Assembly: GCA_963708135.1 (NCBI GenBank)
Contig: OY970192.1
Coordinates: 3,872,001-3,936,000 of the forward strand
Direction: 5' to 3'
Source: an uncultured Gemmatimonadales bacterium
Lineage (GTDB): Bacteria > Gemmatimonadota > Gemmatimonadetes > Longimicrobiales > RSA9
DNA length: 64,000 nucleotides
Under the pieces are notes generated by a model. The model ran no database searches. It saw only the letters and a program-made list of their open reading frames with translations, and was not told the DNA's origin. Below are positions 17,936-28,693 of the stretch, piece after piece. Made by a program: the position numbers and the translations under genes. Numbering within the stretch: position 1 is the stretch's first letter; each line of letters starts with the position of its first letter.

Positions 17936-19081
17936 ATGGGATACGACGTCCTGGTCATCGGCGGCGGGATCGCGGGTTCGGCGGCGGCGCTCGCGGCCGC
18001 GGGGCGGGGCGCGCGCGTGGCCCTGGTGCGCGCGGCGCCGGGCGTCACGGCCATGGCGGAAGGCGGCTGGGCGGGGCCGGTCCCGCCCGCGCTCGGCGCG
18101 GCGCTCGCGGACGCCGGGCTGCGGCTCGTGCCCGCGCCTGGGCCGCTGCCGCACCCGGCGGGGGAGCTGCGCCGTTACGATGTCGCGGCCGCGTCGCATG
18201 CGGCGGTGCCGCTGACCGGAGGTGTGCTGGTGTGCGGCATCGCGGGGCTGCCCGGCTTCGTGGCACCGGCGCTTGCGCGGCTCTGGGGCGACGCCGCCGC
18301 CGTTCCGCTGGCCGCGGCCGTGCTGGACCTCGGCAGGGCGACGCCGCCGGCCGGGTGGGCGCCCGCGTCGCTGGCGGCGATGCTCGATGGCGACGCCGCG
18401 CTTCTCGCCGCGCCGCTCGCCGCGCTGCTGGCGGAGCGGAAGCCGCCGGGCGTGCTGCTGCCGGCCGTGCTGGGCGTGGAGCGCACCGACGCCGTTCTCG
18501 CCGCGGCGCGCGAGCGGACCGGGGTGCCCGCCGGAGAGGCGCTCGGAATGCCGCCGTCGCTTCCCGGCTGGCGACTCGATCGGGCGCTCCTCGCCGCGCT
18601 GGAGGCGGCGGGCGTGGAGCACGTTGCCGGCCGGGTGGTCGGCACCCGCGCCGCCGGGACGCGGCTCGTGGCGGTGCTCGTGGAGGAGCCGGGCGCGGGC
18701 GGCCCGCCCCGCGCGGTCGAGGCCGCCGCCTTCGTCCTCGCGACCGGCAAGTTCGCGGGCGGCGGCCTCCGGGCGGGCCGCTCCTTCCGCGAGCCGGCGC
18801 TCGGCGTGGAGGTCGGACTCGAGGCGCTCGGCCGCGTCTTCGACGACGCGCAGCCGATCGTCGCCGCGGCGCTCGAGCGCGCCGGCGCGCAGCCGCTGCT
18901 CGAGGTCGGCGTCCACGTGGACGGCGACGGCCGCCCGGCCGCTCCCGATGGCGCCGTGCCGTGGCGGAACGTGCGGGCCGCGGGCACCGTCCGGCGGGGC
19001 CTCGGCGCCGCCGCGCCCGGCCTCGGGCTGGCCGCGGCCGACGGCTGGGAGGCCGGCCTCGCCGCCGCGGCGCCGGCATGA
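17936..19081 (+). CDS. FAD-binding protein resembling anaerobic glycerol-3-phosphate dehydrogenase subunit B
   Basis: YDVLVIGGGIAG, LPAVLG, PPSLPGWRL, VLATGKFAGGGL, GVHVD...NVRAAG. Confidence 0.7.
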   Translation: MGYDVLVIGGGIAGSAAALAAAGRGARVALVRAAPGVTAMAEGGWAGPVPPALGAALADAGLRLVPAPGPLPHPAGELRRYDVAAASHAAVPLTGGVLVCGIAGLPGFVAPALARLWGDAAAVPLAAAVLDLGRATPPAGWAPASLAAMLDGDAALLAAPLAALLAERKPPGVLLPAVLGVERTDAVLAAARERTGVPAGEALGMPPSLPGWRLDRALLAALEAAGVEHVAGRVVGTRAAGTRLVAVLVEEPGAGGPPRAVEAAAFVLATGKFAGGGLRAGRSFREPALGVEVGLEALGRVFDDAQPIVAAALERAGAQPLLEVGVHVDGDGRPAAPDGAVPWRNVRAAGTVRRGLGAAAPGLGLAAADGWEAGLAAAAPA

Positions 19082-19133
19082 GCGGTCGTCGTACACGGTG
19101 GGCGCTCGCGCGGCCTCGCGTGGAGGGAGCGCG

Positions 19134-19568
19134 GTGATCCGGCGCGCCGCGGCCTGGCTCAACCTGGCCTGGCGGATGGCCGCGCACGTGGCCGCCCTGC
19201 CGCTCCGCCCGTTCCGCGGCGGCGGCGGGGAGCGCTTCCTGGCGACGGTCGGCCCGGAGGGATACCGGCCCCTGACGCCCGAGCTCCGCGCGCACTTCCC
19301 CCCTCGCATGCGTTGCGTGAGCTGCGGGCTGTGCGCCCTGGCGGCGCCCGCCGGCGGCGGAACGGGCGCCACCGCCGCGAGCGCGTGGGGCGAGCCGTGG
19401 ACGTTCGTCGTGGGCGCCTCCCGCTCGATCGACCGCGCCGACCTCGTGGCGGCCGGAACCCTCGACGCGCTCCCGCCCGAGCGTGCAGCTGCCGCCGCGG
19501 CCGTGTGCCCGATGGGCGTGCCGATCGCGCGCATGGCGGAGAGCGCGCGATCGGCCGACGGGCCGTGA
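19134..19568 (+). CDS. Small Fe-S protein with a partial ferredoxin motif
   Basis: CVSCGLC and distal VCPMGVPI; GGAGG upstream of the GTG. Confidence 0.65.
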   Translation: MIRRAAAWLNLAWRMAAHVAALPLRPFRGGGGERFLATVGPEGYRPLTPELRAHFPPRMRCVSCGLCALAAPAGGGTGATAASAWGEPWTFVVGASRSIDRADLVAAGTLDALPPERAAAAAAVCPMGVPIARMAESARSADGP

Positions 19569-19640
19569 ATCGAGGGCCGGCGCGGATTCACCGGTGACGG
19601 ATGGCTTGACGGGGCGACCACGCGCCGGACACACTTCAGC

Positions 19641-20819
19641 ATGAGAAGGGTCCATGCGGTTCTGGTTCTCTCCCTGCTCCCGGCGCTCGGCGCGGTGAGC
19701 GGCGCCTCGGCCCAGGAGCGGCCGCGCGCCCGCGAGGCGGGGGTCATCGTCGGCGTCCTCCCGCCCGGCCCGCTCAATGCCATCACGGACGTGGCGGGCG
19801 TCCTGGTCGGACAGACCACGGTCGTGCGCGGCGACTCGATCCACACCGGCGTCACCGCCATCCTGCCGCACGCGGGCGACCTGTTCCACGAGAAGGTCCC
19901 GGCGGCGATCCATGTGGGCAACGCGTTCGGCAAGCTCGTGGGCACGACGCAGGTGAAGGAGCTCGGCGAGATCGAGACCCCGATCCTGCTCACCTGCACC
20001 CTGTGCGTCTGGCGGGCCGCGGATGCCATGGTGGCGTGGCTGCTCGAGCGGCCCGGGATGGCGGATGTCCGCTCGATCAATCCGGTGGTCGGCGAGACGA
20101 ACGACGGCTACCTGAGCGACATCCGCGCCCGGCCGATCACGCCGGCGGACGTGGTGGCGGCGCTCGAGGGCGCGAAGGGCGGACCGGTCGAGGAGGGCGC
20201 AGTGGGAGCCGGCGCGGGCACCGTCGCCTTCGGCTGGAAGGGCGGCATCGGCACCGCCTCGCGGGTGCTGCCCAGGTCCCTCGGCGGCTACACGGTGGGA
20301 GTGCTGGTGCAGACCAACTTCGGCGGAATCCTGCAGGTCAACGGCGCGCCGGTCGGGCGCGCGCTCGGGCAGTACGCCTTCCAGCGCGCGCTCGAGTCCG
20401 CCAGGCTGGACCCGGACGGCAGCTGCATGATGGTGGTGGCGACGGACGCGCCGCTGGACGCGCGCGGCCTCGACCGCCTGGCCGCCCGCGCCCTCGCCGG
20501 CCTCGCCCGCACCGGTTCCTCCATGAGCAACGGCTCGGGCGACTACGTGATCGCCTTCTCCACCGCCGCCTCCGTGCGCCGCGGGCCCGCCGAGGGGCCG
20601 CGCACGGTCCAGGACCTGCCCAACGACCTCGTCTCGCCGCTCTTCGAGGCCGCCATCGAGGCCACGGAGGAGGCGATCTACGACTCGCTCTTCAAGGCCC
20701 ACACGGTGCGCGGCCACATGGGCACGGTCGAGGCGCTGCCGCTCGACCGCACGCTCGACGTGCTCCGCAAGCACGACGCCCTGCACTGGGACCGCACGCT
20801 CCCGCCCGGCGCCCACTGA
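19641..20819 (+). CDS. P1/S58 family aminopeptidase (DmpA-like), secreted
   Basis: NAITDVAGVLVG, GETNDG, GAGTVAFGWKGGIGTASR, DGSC autoprocessing site, GSGDY; signal peptide. Confidence 0.92.
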   Translation: MRRVHAVLVLSLLPALGAVSGASAQERPRAREAGVIVGVLPPGPLNAITDVAGVLVGQTTVVRGDSIHTGVTAILPHAGDLFHEKVPAAIHVGNAFGKLVGTTQVKELGEIETPILLTCTLCVWRAADAMVAWLLERPGMADVRSINPVVGETNDGYLSDIRARPITPADVVAALEGAKGGPVEEGAVGAGAGTVAFGWKGGIGTASRVLPRSLGGYTVGVLVQTNFGGILQVNGAPVGRALGQYAFQRALESARLDPDGSCMMVVATDAPLDARGLDRLAARALAGLARTGSSMSNGSGDYVIAFSTAASVRRGPAEGPRTVQDLPNDLVSPLFEAAIEATEEAIYDSLFKAHTVRGHMGTVEALPLDRTLDVLRKHDALHWDRTLPPGAH

Positions 20820-20860
20820 GCCGGGACGGGGGCGGGCGTCCTCGCCCCGCGGGAGGAAGG

Positions 20861-23227
20861 ATGCTCTCTCCCATGCTCCTGCACCCTCGCACGGCTGCCG
20901 CCATCGCCCTCTCGGCGACGACGCTGGCGTTGCTCGCCGCGGCCGCGCCCGCCGGCGCGCAGGAGGTGCGCGGCCGCATGGTCGAGGAGGGCTCGGCGCA
21001 GCCCGTGGCCGGCGCCATCATCGTGGGCGTGGACTCGGCCGGCCGGGACGTCGTCAAGGTGCTGACGGACGGCGGGGGCCGCTTCGTCCTCCGGCTGCCG
21101 CACCCGGGCACGTGGCGGCTGCGCGGCGAGCGGATCGGCTTCCGGAACACGCTGTCCCGGCCGCTCGCGCTTGCCGCCGCCGAGGTGGCGAGCACCACGC
21201 TGCCGGCGCCGGCCGAGCCGGTGCGCCTCGCGGCCATCGAGGTGAAGAGCGCGCGCCGCTGCACGATCCGGCCGGCGGAGGGCCGGGCCACGGCCCGGGT
21301 CTGGGAGGAGGCCCGAAAGGCGCTCGAGACGGCCGCGCTCACCAGCCACGAGCGCCTGCTGCGCTTCGACATGGTGCGCTCGGAGCGTCGCCTCGATCCG
21401 CGCACGCTGACCGTCCAGCACGAGGACCTGCGCGACCTGAGCGGCTACAGCGACAACCCGATCCGCTCCCTCCCCGCCGCGAACCTGGCCGATAGCGGCT
21501 ACGTCCGCCCGCGCCCGGATGGCAGCACCGACTACTTCGCGCCCGACGCCGGGGTCCTGCTCTCCGACCTGTTCCTCGACTCGCACTGCCTGCGGCTCTC
21601 CGGGGAGGATCCACCCGCGCCGGACGAGATCGGCGTGGCCTTCGAGCCCGTCAGGGGGCACCGCGCGCACGACATCGATGGCGTGCTCTGGCTGGACCGA
21701 ACGACGGCCGAGCTGCGCACGCTCGACTTCCACTACGCCGACCTGCCGCAGGCCGTGGACCTGTCGAGGGTCGGCGGCCACGTCGAGTTCGAGCGCGTGC
21801 GCGGCGGTGGCTGGATCGTGCGCCGGTGGTGGATCCGCATGCCGATCGTGCGCCAGAACCTCGGCTACTTCGACCAGCGCACCGTCCGGAGCCAGGACCT
21901 GCTCGCGCTCCATGAGTCGGGCGGCGAGGTGACCCGCATCGAGGGCGCGGGGCCGGGCGCCCTCTCCGCCACCCGCCGCGCCGCCGTGCACGGCGTCGTC
22001 TGGGACAGCGCCGCCTCCGCGCCGCTCGCCGGCGCCCGCGTCTTCCTCTCCGGCACCAACCGCGCGGCCACGACCGACAGCGCCGGCCGCTACCGCATCG
22101 AGGGGATCCCGGCCGGCTCCTACGCCGTCTCGTTCTCGGACGCCGCACTCGAGGAGATGGGCGTCCCGGCGCCGGCCGTCCAGATCCAGCTCCATCCAGG
22201 CGACGAGGCCGCCGCCGATCTCGCCGCGCCCTCCACCGCCACCGCGCTCGCCACGGTCTGCCCGCCCGACGCCCGCGACGACACCACCGGGTTCGCCTTC
22301 GGCGTGGTGCGCGACTCCGCCACCGGCCGCCCCGCCGCCGGCGCCGTCGTTACGCTCCGCTGGACCTGGTACGACATGCGCTCCGCGGGCGGACGCACGC
22401 AGGTGAGCGCGACGCCGCTCGGCGTCGAGGTCGAGGCCGACGGCCGCGGCCGCTGGAAGGTGTGCCGCCTCCAGGCCGACCGGACCATCGCCGCCGCGGC
22501 CGCCTGGGGCGGGCACGCCTCCGCGCCCGTTACCTTCGAGGTCGCCCGCACGCGCTGGGCGCGGCAGGACCTGCGCGTCGGGCTCGCCCCGGTACGCCGC
22601 GGCGACCTGGCCCGCATGGCCCTCGACGCGCTCGGCACGCCGGACGGGATGCCCGGCCGCGCGACCGGCGCCCGGCGCGCCGCGGCCCCCGCGCGCGGGG
22701 GCGGGGAGACGTCGCCATCCGGTGGCGGCAGAGGCCGAGGGAGCCGGCGGGAAGCGCTCACGGGCGATCACTTCACGCGCGCGGCCATCGCCCAGATGGG
22801 CGCCCACGACCTGCTCGACGTGCTGCGCCGCATGCCTTCGCTGCGGGTGCACGGCGCCGGCGCGATCCTGTGCGTCGAGGCCTCCCGCGGGCTGGGACAG
22901 GCCGTGCCCGTCGGACCGGAGCCGGTGACGCCCGGCAAGAAGGCCAGCCCCACGGCCGGCGCGCCCGGCACACAGGCCGCGACCGCCGGTAATCCGATGG
23001 AGCCGCGCGCCGATCCCGGCCTGGACACCACCGAGCCGAGCGCGTGCCAGTGGCCGGCCGTGTACGTCAACGACGGACCGCTCCCCTCGACCTCGGCCGC
23101 CAGCCTGCTGCGCACGCTGGACCTGGACAGGGTAGACCGCGTCGAGTACCTCTCGCCCGCCATGGCACAGACCCGCTACGGCTCGCGCGTGGTGAACGGG
23201 GCGCTCGTCATCACAACTCGCCGCTGA
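20861..23227 (+). CDS. Secreted protein with carboxypeptidase-regulatory-like domains and a C-terminal TonB-plug-like domain
   Basis: Signal peptide, repeated TDxxGRF/Y Ig-like domains, C-terminal VEYLSP...RYG...GALVITTR. Confidence 0.75.
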   Translation: MLSPMLLHPRTAAAIALSATTLALLAAAAPAGAQEVRGRMVEEGSAQPVAGAIIVGVDSAGRDVVKVLTDGGGRFVLRLPHPGTWRLRGERIGFRNTLSRPLALAAAEVASTTLPAPAEPVRLAAIEVKSARRCTIRPAEGRATARVWEEARKALETAALTSHERLLRFDMVRSERRLDPRTLTVQHEDLRDLSGYSDNPIRSLPAANLADSGYVRPRPDGSTDYFAPDAGVLLSDLFLDSHCLRLSGEDPPAPDEIGVAFEPVRGHRAHDIDGVLWLDRTTAELRTLDFHYADLPQAVDLSRVGGHVEFERVRGGGWIVRRWWIRMPIVRQNLGYFDQRTVRSQDLLALHESGGEVTRIEGAGPGALSATRRAAVHGVVWDSAASAPLAGARVFLSGTNRAATTDSAGRYRIEGIPAGSYAVSFSDAALEEMGVPAPAVQIQLHPGDEAAADLAAPSTATALATVCPPDARDDTTGFAFGVVRDSATGRPAAGAVVTLRWTWYDMRSAGGRTQVSATPLGVEVEADGRGRWKVCRLQADRTIAAAAAWGGHASAPVTFEVARTRWARQDLRVGLAPVRRGDLARMALDALGTPDGMPGRATGARRAAAPARGGGETSPSGGGRGRGSRREALTGDHFTRAAIAQMGAHDLLDVLRRMPSLRVHGAGAILCVEASRGLGQAVPVGPEPVTPGKKASPTAGAPGTQAATAGNPMEPRADPGLDTTEPSACQWPAVYVNDGPLPSTSAASLLRTLDLDRVDRVEYLSPAMAQTRYGSRVVNGALVITTRR

Positions 23228-23267
23228 GCCGGCGACGGGCCGACCCGGCCCGCGCGGGAGGACTCCG

Positions 23268-25148
23268 ATGGCCGCCTTCTCCACCGATCTCCGCGCCGCG
23301 GCGCGCGCCCTGCGGCGCGCACCCGCCTTCACGCTGCCGGCTCTCGCCTCGGTGGCGCTCGGCGCCGGAACGGCCGCCGCCGGCCTGACCCTGTTCCGCC
23401 TCCGCACCCTCGTGCCGCTCCGCCTCGCCGAGCGGGTACGTGTGGACGGCGTCGCCGCGCCCGACTGGGGCCAGCGCTGGAGCGACGCCGCGCACATGCC
23501 CGCGGCCCTCCAGCAGGAATCGCTGCGCGCGCTGCTGCTCATCCTCTTCGCGCTCTCGATCGTCGTCCTGGCCATCGCCTGCCTCAGCGCCCTCGTGCTG
23601 CTCGCCGGCCGGGCGTCCGCGCGACGCCGCGAGATGGCCGTCCGCGCCGCCCTCGGCGCCGCGCCCCGCCGCCTGCTCGGCGGGCTCGCGGCCGAGGGCG
23701 GGCTCCTGGCCGGCGGCGGCATCGCGCTCGGCGCGCTGGTCGGAGCGGCGGGCGTCGCTCTGCTCCACGCGGCCTGGCCCGCCGGCCTCGTCCCGTGGGC
23801 CTCGCTCACCCCCGGCCTCGGCGCCGCCGGGCTCGCGCTCGCGCTCCCCGCCCTCGGCATCCTTGCCCTCTCGCCCGCGCCCGCCGCCGGCCTCGCGGGC
23901 GGACTGCGCGGCGCCCTCGCCGCCGGCGCTCGCACCACCACCGGCCGCGGCGAGGGGGCGCTGCGCAACCTGCTCGCGGGCGTCCTCGTCGCCGGCTCGC
24001 TCACCCTGCTCGCCGGCGCGGGGATGCTGCTGCGCAGCTCCTTTCCCGTCCTCGATGCCGCCACCCTCGGCTTCGACCCGAACGACACGCTCACCTTCCA
24101 GGTGGACGTGCACGGCTCGCCCGCCCAGCGCGCGCAGAAGATCGCCCTCGCCATGGCCCGGATCCGCGCCAACGGCGGCGTGCTCCACGCCGGCTACGGC
24201 ACCCCCGGCGTCTGGCTCGGCGTCGGGCCCGAGGACCGGGTCACCATCGAATGCCCGCTGTGCACCATCGGTGAGTTCTGGACCCCGATCATGCTCACCG
24301 AGGTCCGCCAGCACGTTGTCGATCCCGGCCTCTTCCCCACCCTCGGCCTGCGCGTCGTGGAAGGCCGCGGGTTCGACTCCGGCGACGGACCCCGCGCAGC
24401 GCCCGTCATGCTCGTGAACCGCGCCCTCGCCGCCACCGTGTTCCAGGGCCACGACCCCGTCGGCCGGCAGATCCGCATCGGCACCATCCCGCACGGACGC
24501 TGGTACCGCATCGCCGGCGTCGTGGACGACGTCGGCGCCCGCGGCCTCGGCGCCCCCGAGCACGCCGCACCCACCCTCTACTTCTCCGCGCTCCAGCACC
24601 CGCCGCGCGCCCTCGCCGTGGCCATCCGCGCCGCCCGCGGCGACCCGGCCGACCTCGCGCCCGCCGCCCGCAGCGCCTTCGCCGCCGTGGACCCGACCAT
24701 GACCATCCACGACGTCGCCCCCATGACCGCCGTGCTCGCCCGCTTCGCCGCGCCGCTCCGCTGGCTCGGCGTGCTCTTCGCCCTGCTCGCCGGCGCCGCC
24801 CTCCTCCTCGCCCTCCACGGCGTCGGCTCCGCCATGGCTTTCAACATCGCCCGCAGACGCCCCGAGATCGGCGCCCGCATGGCCCTCGGCGCCACCCCCG
24901 CGCGCATCCTCCGCATGGTGCTCCGGGAGACCCTCCGCCTGACCGCCGGCGGGGCCGCGCTCGGCCTCATCGGCGCCATCGGCGTCGGCCGCGTCCTCCA
25001 GCAGCGCTACCCCGGCGTCCGCCTCCTCGACCCCGGACTCCTCACCGCCCTCGCCGCCACGCTCGTCCTCACCGCGCTCCTCGCCGCGGCCCTCCCCGCG
25101 CTGCGCGCTGCGACGCTCGACCCCGCGCTCAGCCTGCGCGCGGAGTAG
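23268..25148 (+). CDS. FtsX/MacB-type permease, shortened ADOP-like
   Basis: [43 protein letters not shown]-terminal [10 protein letters not shown]. Confidence 0.85.
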   Translation: MAAFSTDLRAAARALRRAPAFTLPALASVALGAGTAAAGLTLFRLRTLVPLRLAERVRVDGVAAPDWGQRWSDAAHMPAALQQESLRALLLILFALSIVVLAIACLSALVLLAGRASARRREMAVRAALGAAPRRLLGGLAAEGGLLAGGGIALGALVGAAGVALLHAAWPAGLVPWASLTPGLGAAGLALALPALGILALSPAPAAGLAGGLRGALAAGARTTTGRGEGALRNLLAGVLVAGSLTLLAGAGMLLRSSFPVLDAATLGFDPNDTLTFQVDVHGSPAQRAQKIALAMARIRANGGVLHAGYGTPGVWLGVGPEDRVTIECPLCTIGEFWTPIMLTEVRQHVVDPGLFPTLGLRVVEGRGFDSGDGPRAAPVMLVNRALAATVFQGHDPVGRQIRIGTIPHGRWYRIAGVVDDVGARGLGAPEHAAPTLYFSALQHPPRALAVAIRAARGDPADLAPAARSAFAAVDPTMTIHDVAPMTAVLARFAAPLRWLGVLFALLAGAALLLALHGVGSAMAFNIARRRPEIGARMALGATPARILRMVLRETLRLTAGGAALGLIGAIGVGRVLQQRYPGVRLLDPGLLTALAATLVLTALLAAALPALRAATLDPALSLRAE

Positions 25149-25155
25149 CGCCCCC

Positions 25156-25198
25156 TTGCGCTTCTACAGGTCCGCGCCTATCCTGCACCTGTAGAAGC
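25156..25198 (+). promoter_or_regulatory. padR promoter with a 12 bp inverted-repeat operator
   Basis: TTGCGC-17 nt-TATCCT overlapped by gcttctacaggt (25160-25171) / acctgtagaagc (25187-25198). Confidence 0.7.
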
Positions 25199-25219
25199 CA
25201 GAGGGGAGCCAGGGAGCCG

Positions 25220-25552
25220 ATGGACGCCGAGCGAATCGACCTGCCGCAGGGGACGCTGGACCTGCTCATCCTGAAGGCGCTCTCGCTGCAGCCAATGCAC
25301 GGGTGGGCGATCTCGGAGCGGCTGCAACAGGTCTCGAAGGCCGCGCTGCGGGTCCCGCAGGGGTCGCTCTATCCGGCGCTGCACCGGCTGGAGCGGCGCG
25401 GCTGGATCCGGGCGGAGTGGGGCTCGTCGGAGAACAACCGGCGGGCGCGCTTCTACGAGCTGACGCGTGCGGGCCGGAAGCAGCTGGCGGCGGAGACGGA
25501 CGCCTGGGCGCGGCTGACCACGGCGGTCTCGCTGGTGCTGGAGATGGGGTGA
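25220..25552 (+). CDS. PadR family transcriptional regulator
   Basis: [41 protein letters not shown]. Confidence 0.95.
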   Translation: MDAERIDLPQGTLDLLILKALSLQPMHGWAISERLQQVSKAALRVPQGSLYPALHRLERRGWIRAEWGSSENNRRARFYELTRAGRKQLAAETDAWARLTTAVSLVLEMG

Positions 25553-25607
25553 GGCCGGGCCTTTCATCCGGGCCGGCGGAACCGCGCTGGGGGACGCGAA
25601 GGATCGG

Positions 25608-28298
25608 ATGCTGAGCGAATTGTGGAGCGATCTGCGCTACCGGCTGCGCGCCCTCTTCCGGCGTGCGGAGGTCGAGCGCGAGCTGGACGAGGAGCTTCGG
25701 CTCCACGTGGCGCGACAGGCCGAGAAGTACGTGGCGCAGGGAATGGCTCCGGAGCAGGCGGCACGCCGCGCCCGCGTCGTCTTCGGCGGGGTCGATGTGG
25801 CCAAGGAAGCCAGCCGCGACGCGCGCGGCACGCAGCTCCTGGAGACGCTGTGGCGCGACACGCGGTATGGCGTGCGCTCGCTCGCGCGGGCACCCGGCTT
25901 CACCGTCACGGCCATCCTCTGCCTGTCCCTCGGCATCGGCGCAACGAGCACGGTATTCGGGATCGTGGACGCGCTCTTCTTCCGTCCGCCGCCGGGCATT
26001 GGCGATCCCGCCGGGATCGTGCGGCCGTACGTCACGGTGAGCAGCTCCCACGTCACGATGAGCGGCTCCGACCGCATCTCGTATCCCGCGTACGAGCGGC
26101 TTCGGGACGGGACCCGCTCGCTCTCGGGTCTGGCCGGCTATGCCGACGTGTCCCTCGACCTGGGGACCGGCCTGGGGGCGCGCCACGCGGATGGGCTCCT
26201 CGTAAGCGGCAACTACTTCTCGGTGCTGCGGGTCCGGCCGGCGCTGGGCCGCTTTTTCCGGCCGGATGAGGACGCGGGCCCCGGCTCGCCGCCTGTCGTC
26301 GTGGTAAGCCAGGCCTACTGGCGAGGAGAGATGGGCGGGCGGCCCGACGTGATCGGCAGCCGGCTGACGATCGACGGGAACGCCTACACCGTCGTCGGCG
26401 TCGCGCCGCCCGGCTTCCGCGGCGTCGAGGCGGGCGCGCCCGCAATGTGGATGGCGGTCTCGCAGGCTCCGAAGGTCGGCTTCGGCTCCACATTCTTCAA
26501 GCGCCGCACAGCCATCTGGTTTGCGACGGTGGGTCGTCTCGCGCCCGGTGTGACGCGGGCCGCGGCGCAAGCCGAGATCGCGCCGCTCCTGACCCGGGCT
26601 CTTCGCGATGAATGGGGGTCGGACATCGATCCCCGGATCACCGTGGGCCCCGTGCTGTCCGCGCGCGGCCCGTCGCCATCCACGCAGGCGAGGATCGCAC
26701 TCTGGCTCGCCCTCGCCGCCGCGCTGCTCCTCGCCATCGCGTGCGCCAACACGGCCAACCTGCTGCTGGCCCGCGCGGTCACCCGGCGCAAGGAGCTAGC
26801 GGTCCGGCTCTCGCTGGGCGCGGGGCGAGGCCGGCTCGTGCGGCAGCTCCTCGTGGAGAGCGGCCTGCTGGCGTTGGGCGGGACCGTACTCGGCCTTCTC
26901 CTCGCCCGCTGGGGCACGGCGCTCGTGCCCGCCGTCGGACTGCCGTCCCTCTCCTTCTTCGCGCACGGCCGTGTGCTGGTCTTCGCCGTGGCCGTGGCCG
27001 TGGCCTGCGTGCTGCTCTTCGGCCTCGTGCCGGCCGTGGCCGCCACGCGCACGAACCTCGCCGCCGCAGTGAAGGAGGGCGCCCGCGAGGGCGTCGACCA
27101 TCGCTCCCGGCTGCGCGGCGCGCTCATGGTCGTGCAGGTCGCGCTGGCAGTTCTGCTGCTCGTCGGCGCCGGGCTGTTCGTCCACAGCCTCCGCAACGTG
27201 CAGGCGATCCGGCCCGGTCTGGACGTGGACCGGCTGCTCGTCGCCCGCCTCGATCTCTCCCGCGCCGGCTACGGCGACACGGCGGCCGCCGCCTTCTCCG
27301 ACCGCGCCGCCGACCGGCTGCGCCACCTGCCGGGCGTGGCCGGCGCGACCGTAGCCGCCTCGGTCCCCCTCTCCGGCGGCTGGTCGCTGCGCTCGTACGG
27401 CGTGCCTGGCGGCACGTCCGGTACGGCGAACGAGGGTGAGCTGGACCTGTCGCAGCAGTCCCACGTGATCACGCTCGACGTCGGCTCGCGCTACTTCGCC
27501 ACGCTCGGGACACCCATCCTGGCGGGCCGGGGGTTCACCGAGGCGGACCGCGCGGGCGCCCCGGCCGTGATCGTGAACCACGCATTCGCCGAGCACGAGT
27601 GGCCGGGCCGCAACCCGCTCGGCCGCTGCATCGACCTGGGCCCGGACGGGGACGTGACCTGCTACCACGTGGTGGGAGTGGCGGCGAACGCGCGGTACGT
27701 GACCCTGGAGGAGCCGCCGCGGATGGCTTTCTTCATGCCCCTCGAGCGTGAGCCGGAGCAGTCCCGTCTGCTCCTCATCCGTGCGTCCGGCCGCCCCGAG
27801 GCCCTCGTGCCCAGCATACGCCGGGCCCTGGTCGAGCTCGACCCGAGTCTCCCCTACATCGAGCTGAAGACGCTCGCCGATGTGCTGCGCCCCGAGCTGC
27901 AGCCACGACGGCTCGGGGCATCCATGTTCGGGGCGTTCGGCCTGCTCGCGCTGGTCCTCTCGGCCGTCGGCCTCTACGGCGTGGTGTCCTACACCGTCGC
28001 GCAGCGCACCCACGAGCTGGGCATCCGCATGGCGCTCGGCGCACGGCGCGCCCAGGTCCTGGGCCTGGTCGTGCGGCAGGGCGTCCGCCTCGCCCTGGCC
28101 GGCCTCGCCATCGGCACCGCGGGCGCGCTCGCGGCCACCCGCTTCGTGACCCGCCTGCTCTACGGCGTCACGGCGACGGACCCGCTCACCTTCGCCGGCG
28201 TCGCCCTCGCCCTTGGCGCCACTGCAGTGCTCGCCAGCCTCATCCCCGCCCGCCGCGCCACCCGCGTGGACCCCGCCACTGCCCTGCGCCGCGAGTAG
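25608..28298 (+). CDS. ADOP family duplicated ABC-type permease
   Basis: Permease-prefix ELDEELRLH, IACANTANLLLAR, two FtsX domains, RRATRVDPATALRRE; follows padR. Confidence 0.93.
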   Translation: MLSELWSDLRYRLRALFRRAEVERELDEELRLHVARQAEKYVAQGMAPEQAARRARVVFGGVDVAKEASRDARGTQLLETLWRDTRYGVRSLARAPGFTVTAILCLSLGIGATSTVFGIVDALFFRPPPGIGDPAGIVRPYVTVSSSHVTMSGSDRISYPAYERLRDGTRSLSGLAGYADVSLDLGTGLGARHADGLLVSGNYFSVLRVRPALGRFFRPDEDAGPGSPPVVVVSQAYWRGEMGGRPDVIGSRLTIDGNAYTVVGVAPPGFRGVEAGAPAMWMAVSQAPKVGFGSTFFKRRTAIWFATVGRLAPGVTRAAAQAEIAPLLTRALRDEWGSDIDPRITVGPVLSARGPSPSTQARIALWLALAAALLLAIACANTANLLLARAVTRRKELAVRLSLGAGRGRLVRQLLVESGLLALGGTVLGLLLARWGTALVPAVGLPSLSFFAHGRVLVFAVAVAVACVLLFGLVPAVAATRTNLAAAVKEGAREGVDHRSRLRGALMVVQVALAVLLLVGAGLFVHSLRNVQAIRPGLDVDRLLVARLDLSRAGYGDTAAAAFSDRAADRLRHLPGVAGATVAASVPLSGGWSLRSYGVPGGTSGTANEGELDLSQQSHVITLDVGSRYFATLGTPILAGRGFTEADRAGAPAVIVNHAFAEHEWPGRNPLGRCIDLGPDGDVTCYHVVGVAANARYVTLEEPPRMAFFMPLEREPEQSRLLLIRASGRPEALVPSIRRALVELDPSLPYIELKTLADVLRPELQPRRLGASMFGAFGLLALVLSAVGLYGVVSYTVAQRTHELGIRMALGARRAQVLGLVVRQGVRLALAGLAIGTAGALAATRFVTRLLYGVTATDPLTFAGVALALGATAVLASLIPARRATRVDPATALRRE

Positions 28299-28540
28299 TC
28301 CAGCGGGCCCCGCCCGCGGAGTGCTCGGGCCGTTCAGCTGCCCGAACGTGCAAACATTGGCGGCCGGTTTTCCGGGCGGACTCGGAGGCGGCGCGCCTCA
28401 TGCCCAACCCTGGATCTCCGCCGAGGACGCGCACCCTGGCACGCCATGTGCCATTGCAGCCGTCGCACCCGACCGGGGTTGGGAAAGGAGGCGGCGAATG
28501 CTGCCTCCGTCGATAGGCGGTGCGGAACGGAGAGGAGCCA

Positions 28541-28693
28541 ATGCTCTGGACGATTGCGGTCATCCTTCTGATCCTGTGGGCGCTGGGGATGGTGTCGGGC
28601 TACACGCTGTCAGGCTTCATCTGGATCCTTCTGGTCCTCGCGGTCATCGTTGTGCTGATCCGCGTCATCCAGGGGAGACGACCGGTCGCCTGA
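28541..28693 (+). CDS. Small membrane protein, lmo0937-like
   Basis: Own translation: MLWTIAVILLILWALGMVSGYTLSGFIWILLVLAVIVVLIRVIQGRRPVA; AGAGGAG RBS. Too short for the ORF track. Confidence 0.88.
   Translation: MLWTIAVILLILWALGMVSGYTLSGFIWILLVLAVIVVLIRVIQGRRPVA

Noticed and set aside
20678..24172. Very long antisense ORFs (also 59848-63045, 48738-51608, 18045-20816)
   Set aside because: Antisense mirrors of real genes, expected at this GC content; no recognisable motifs.
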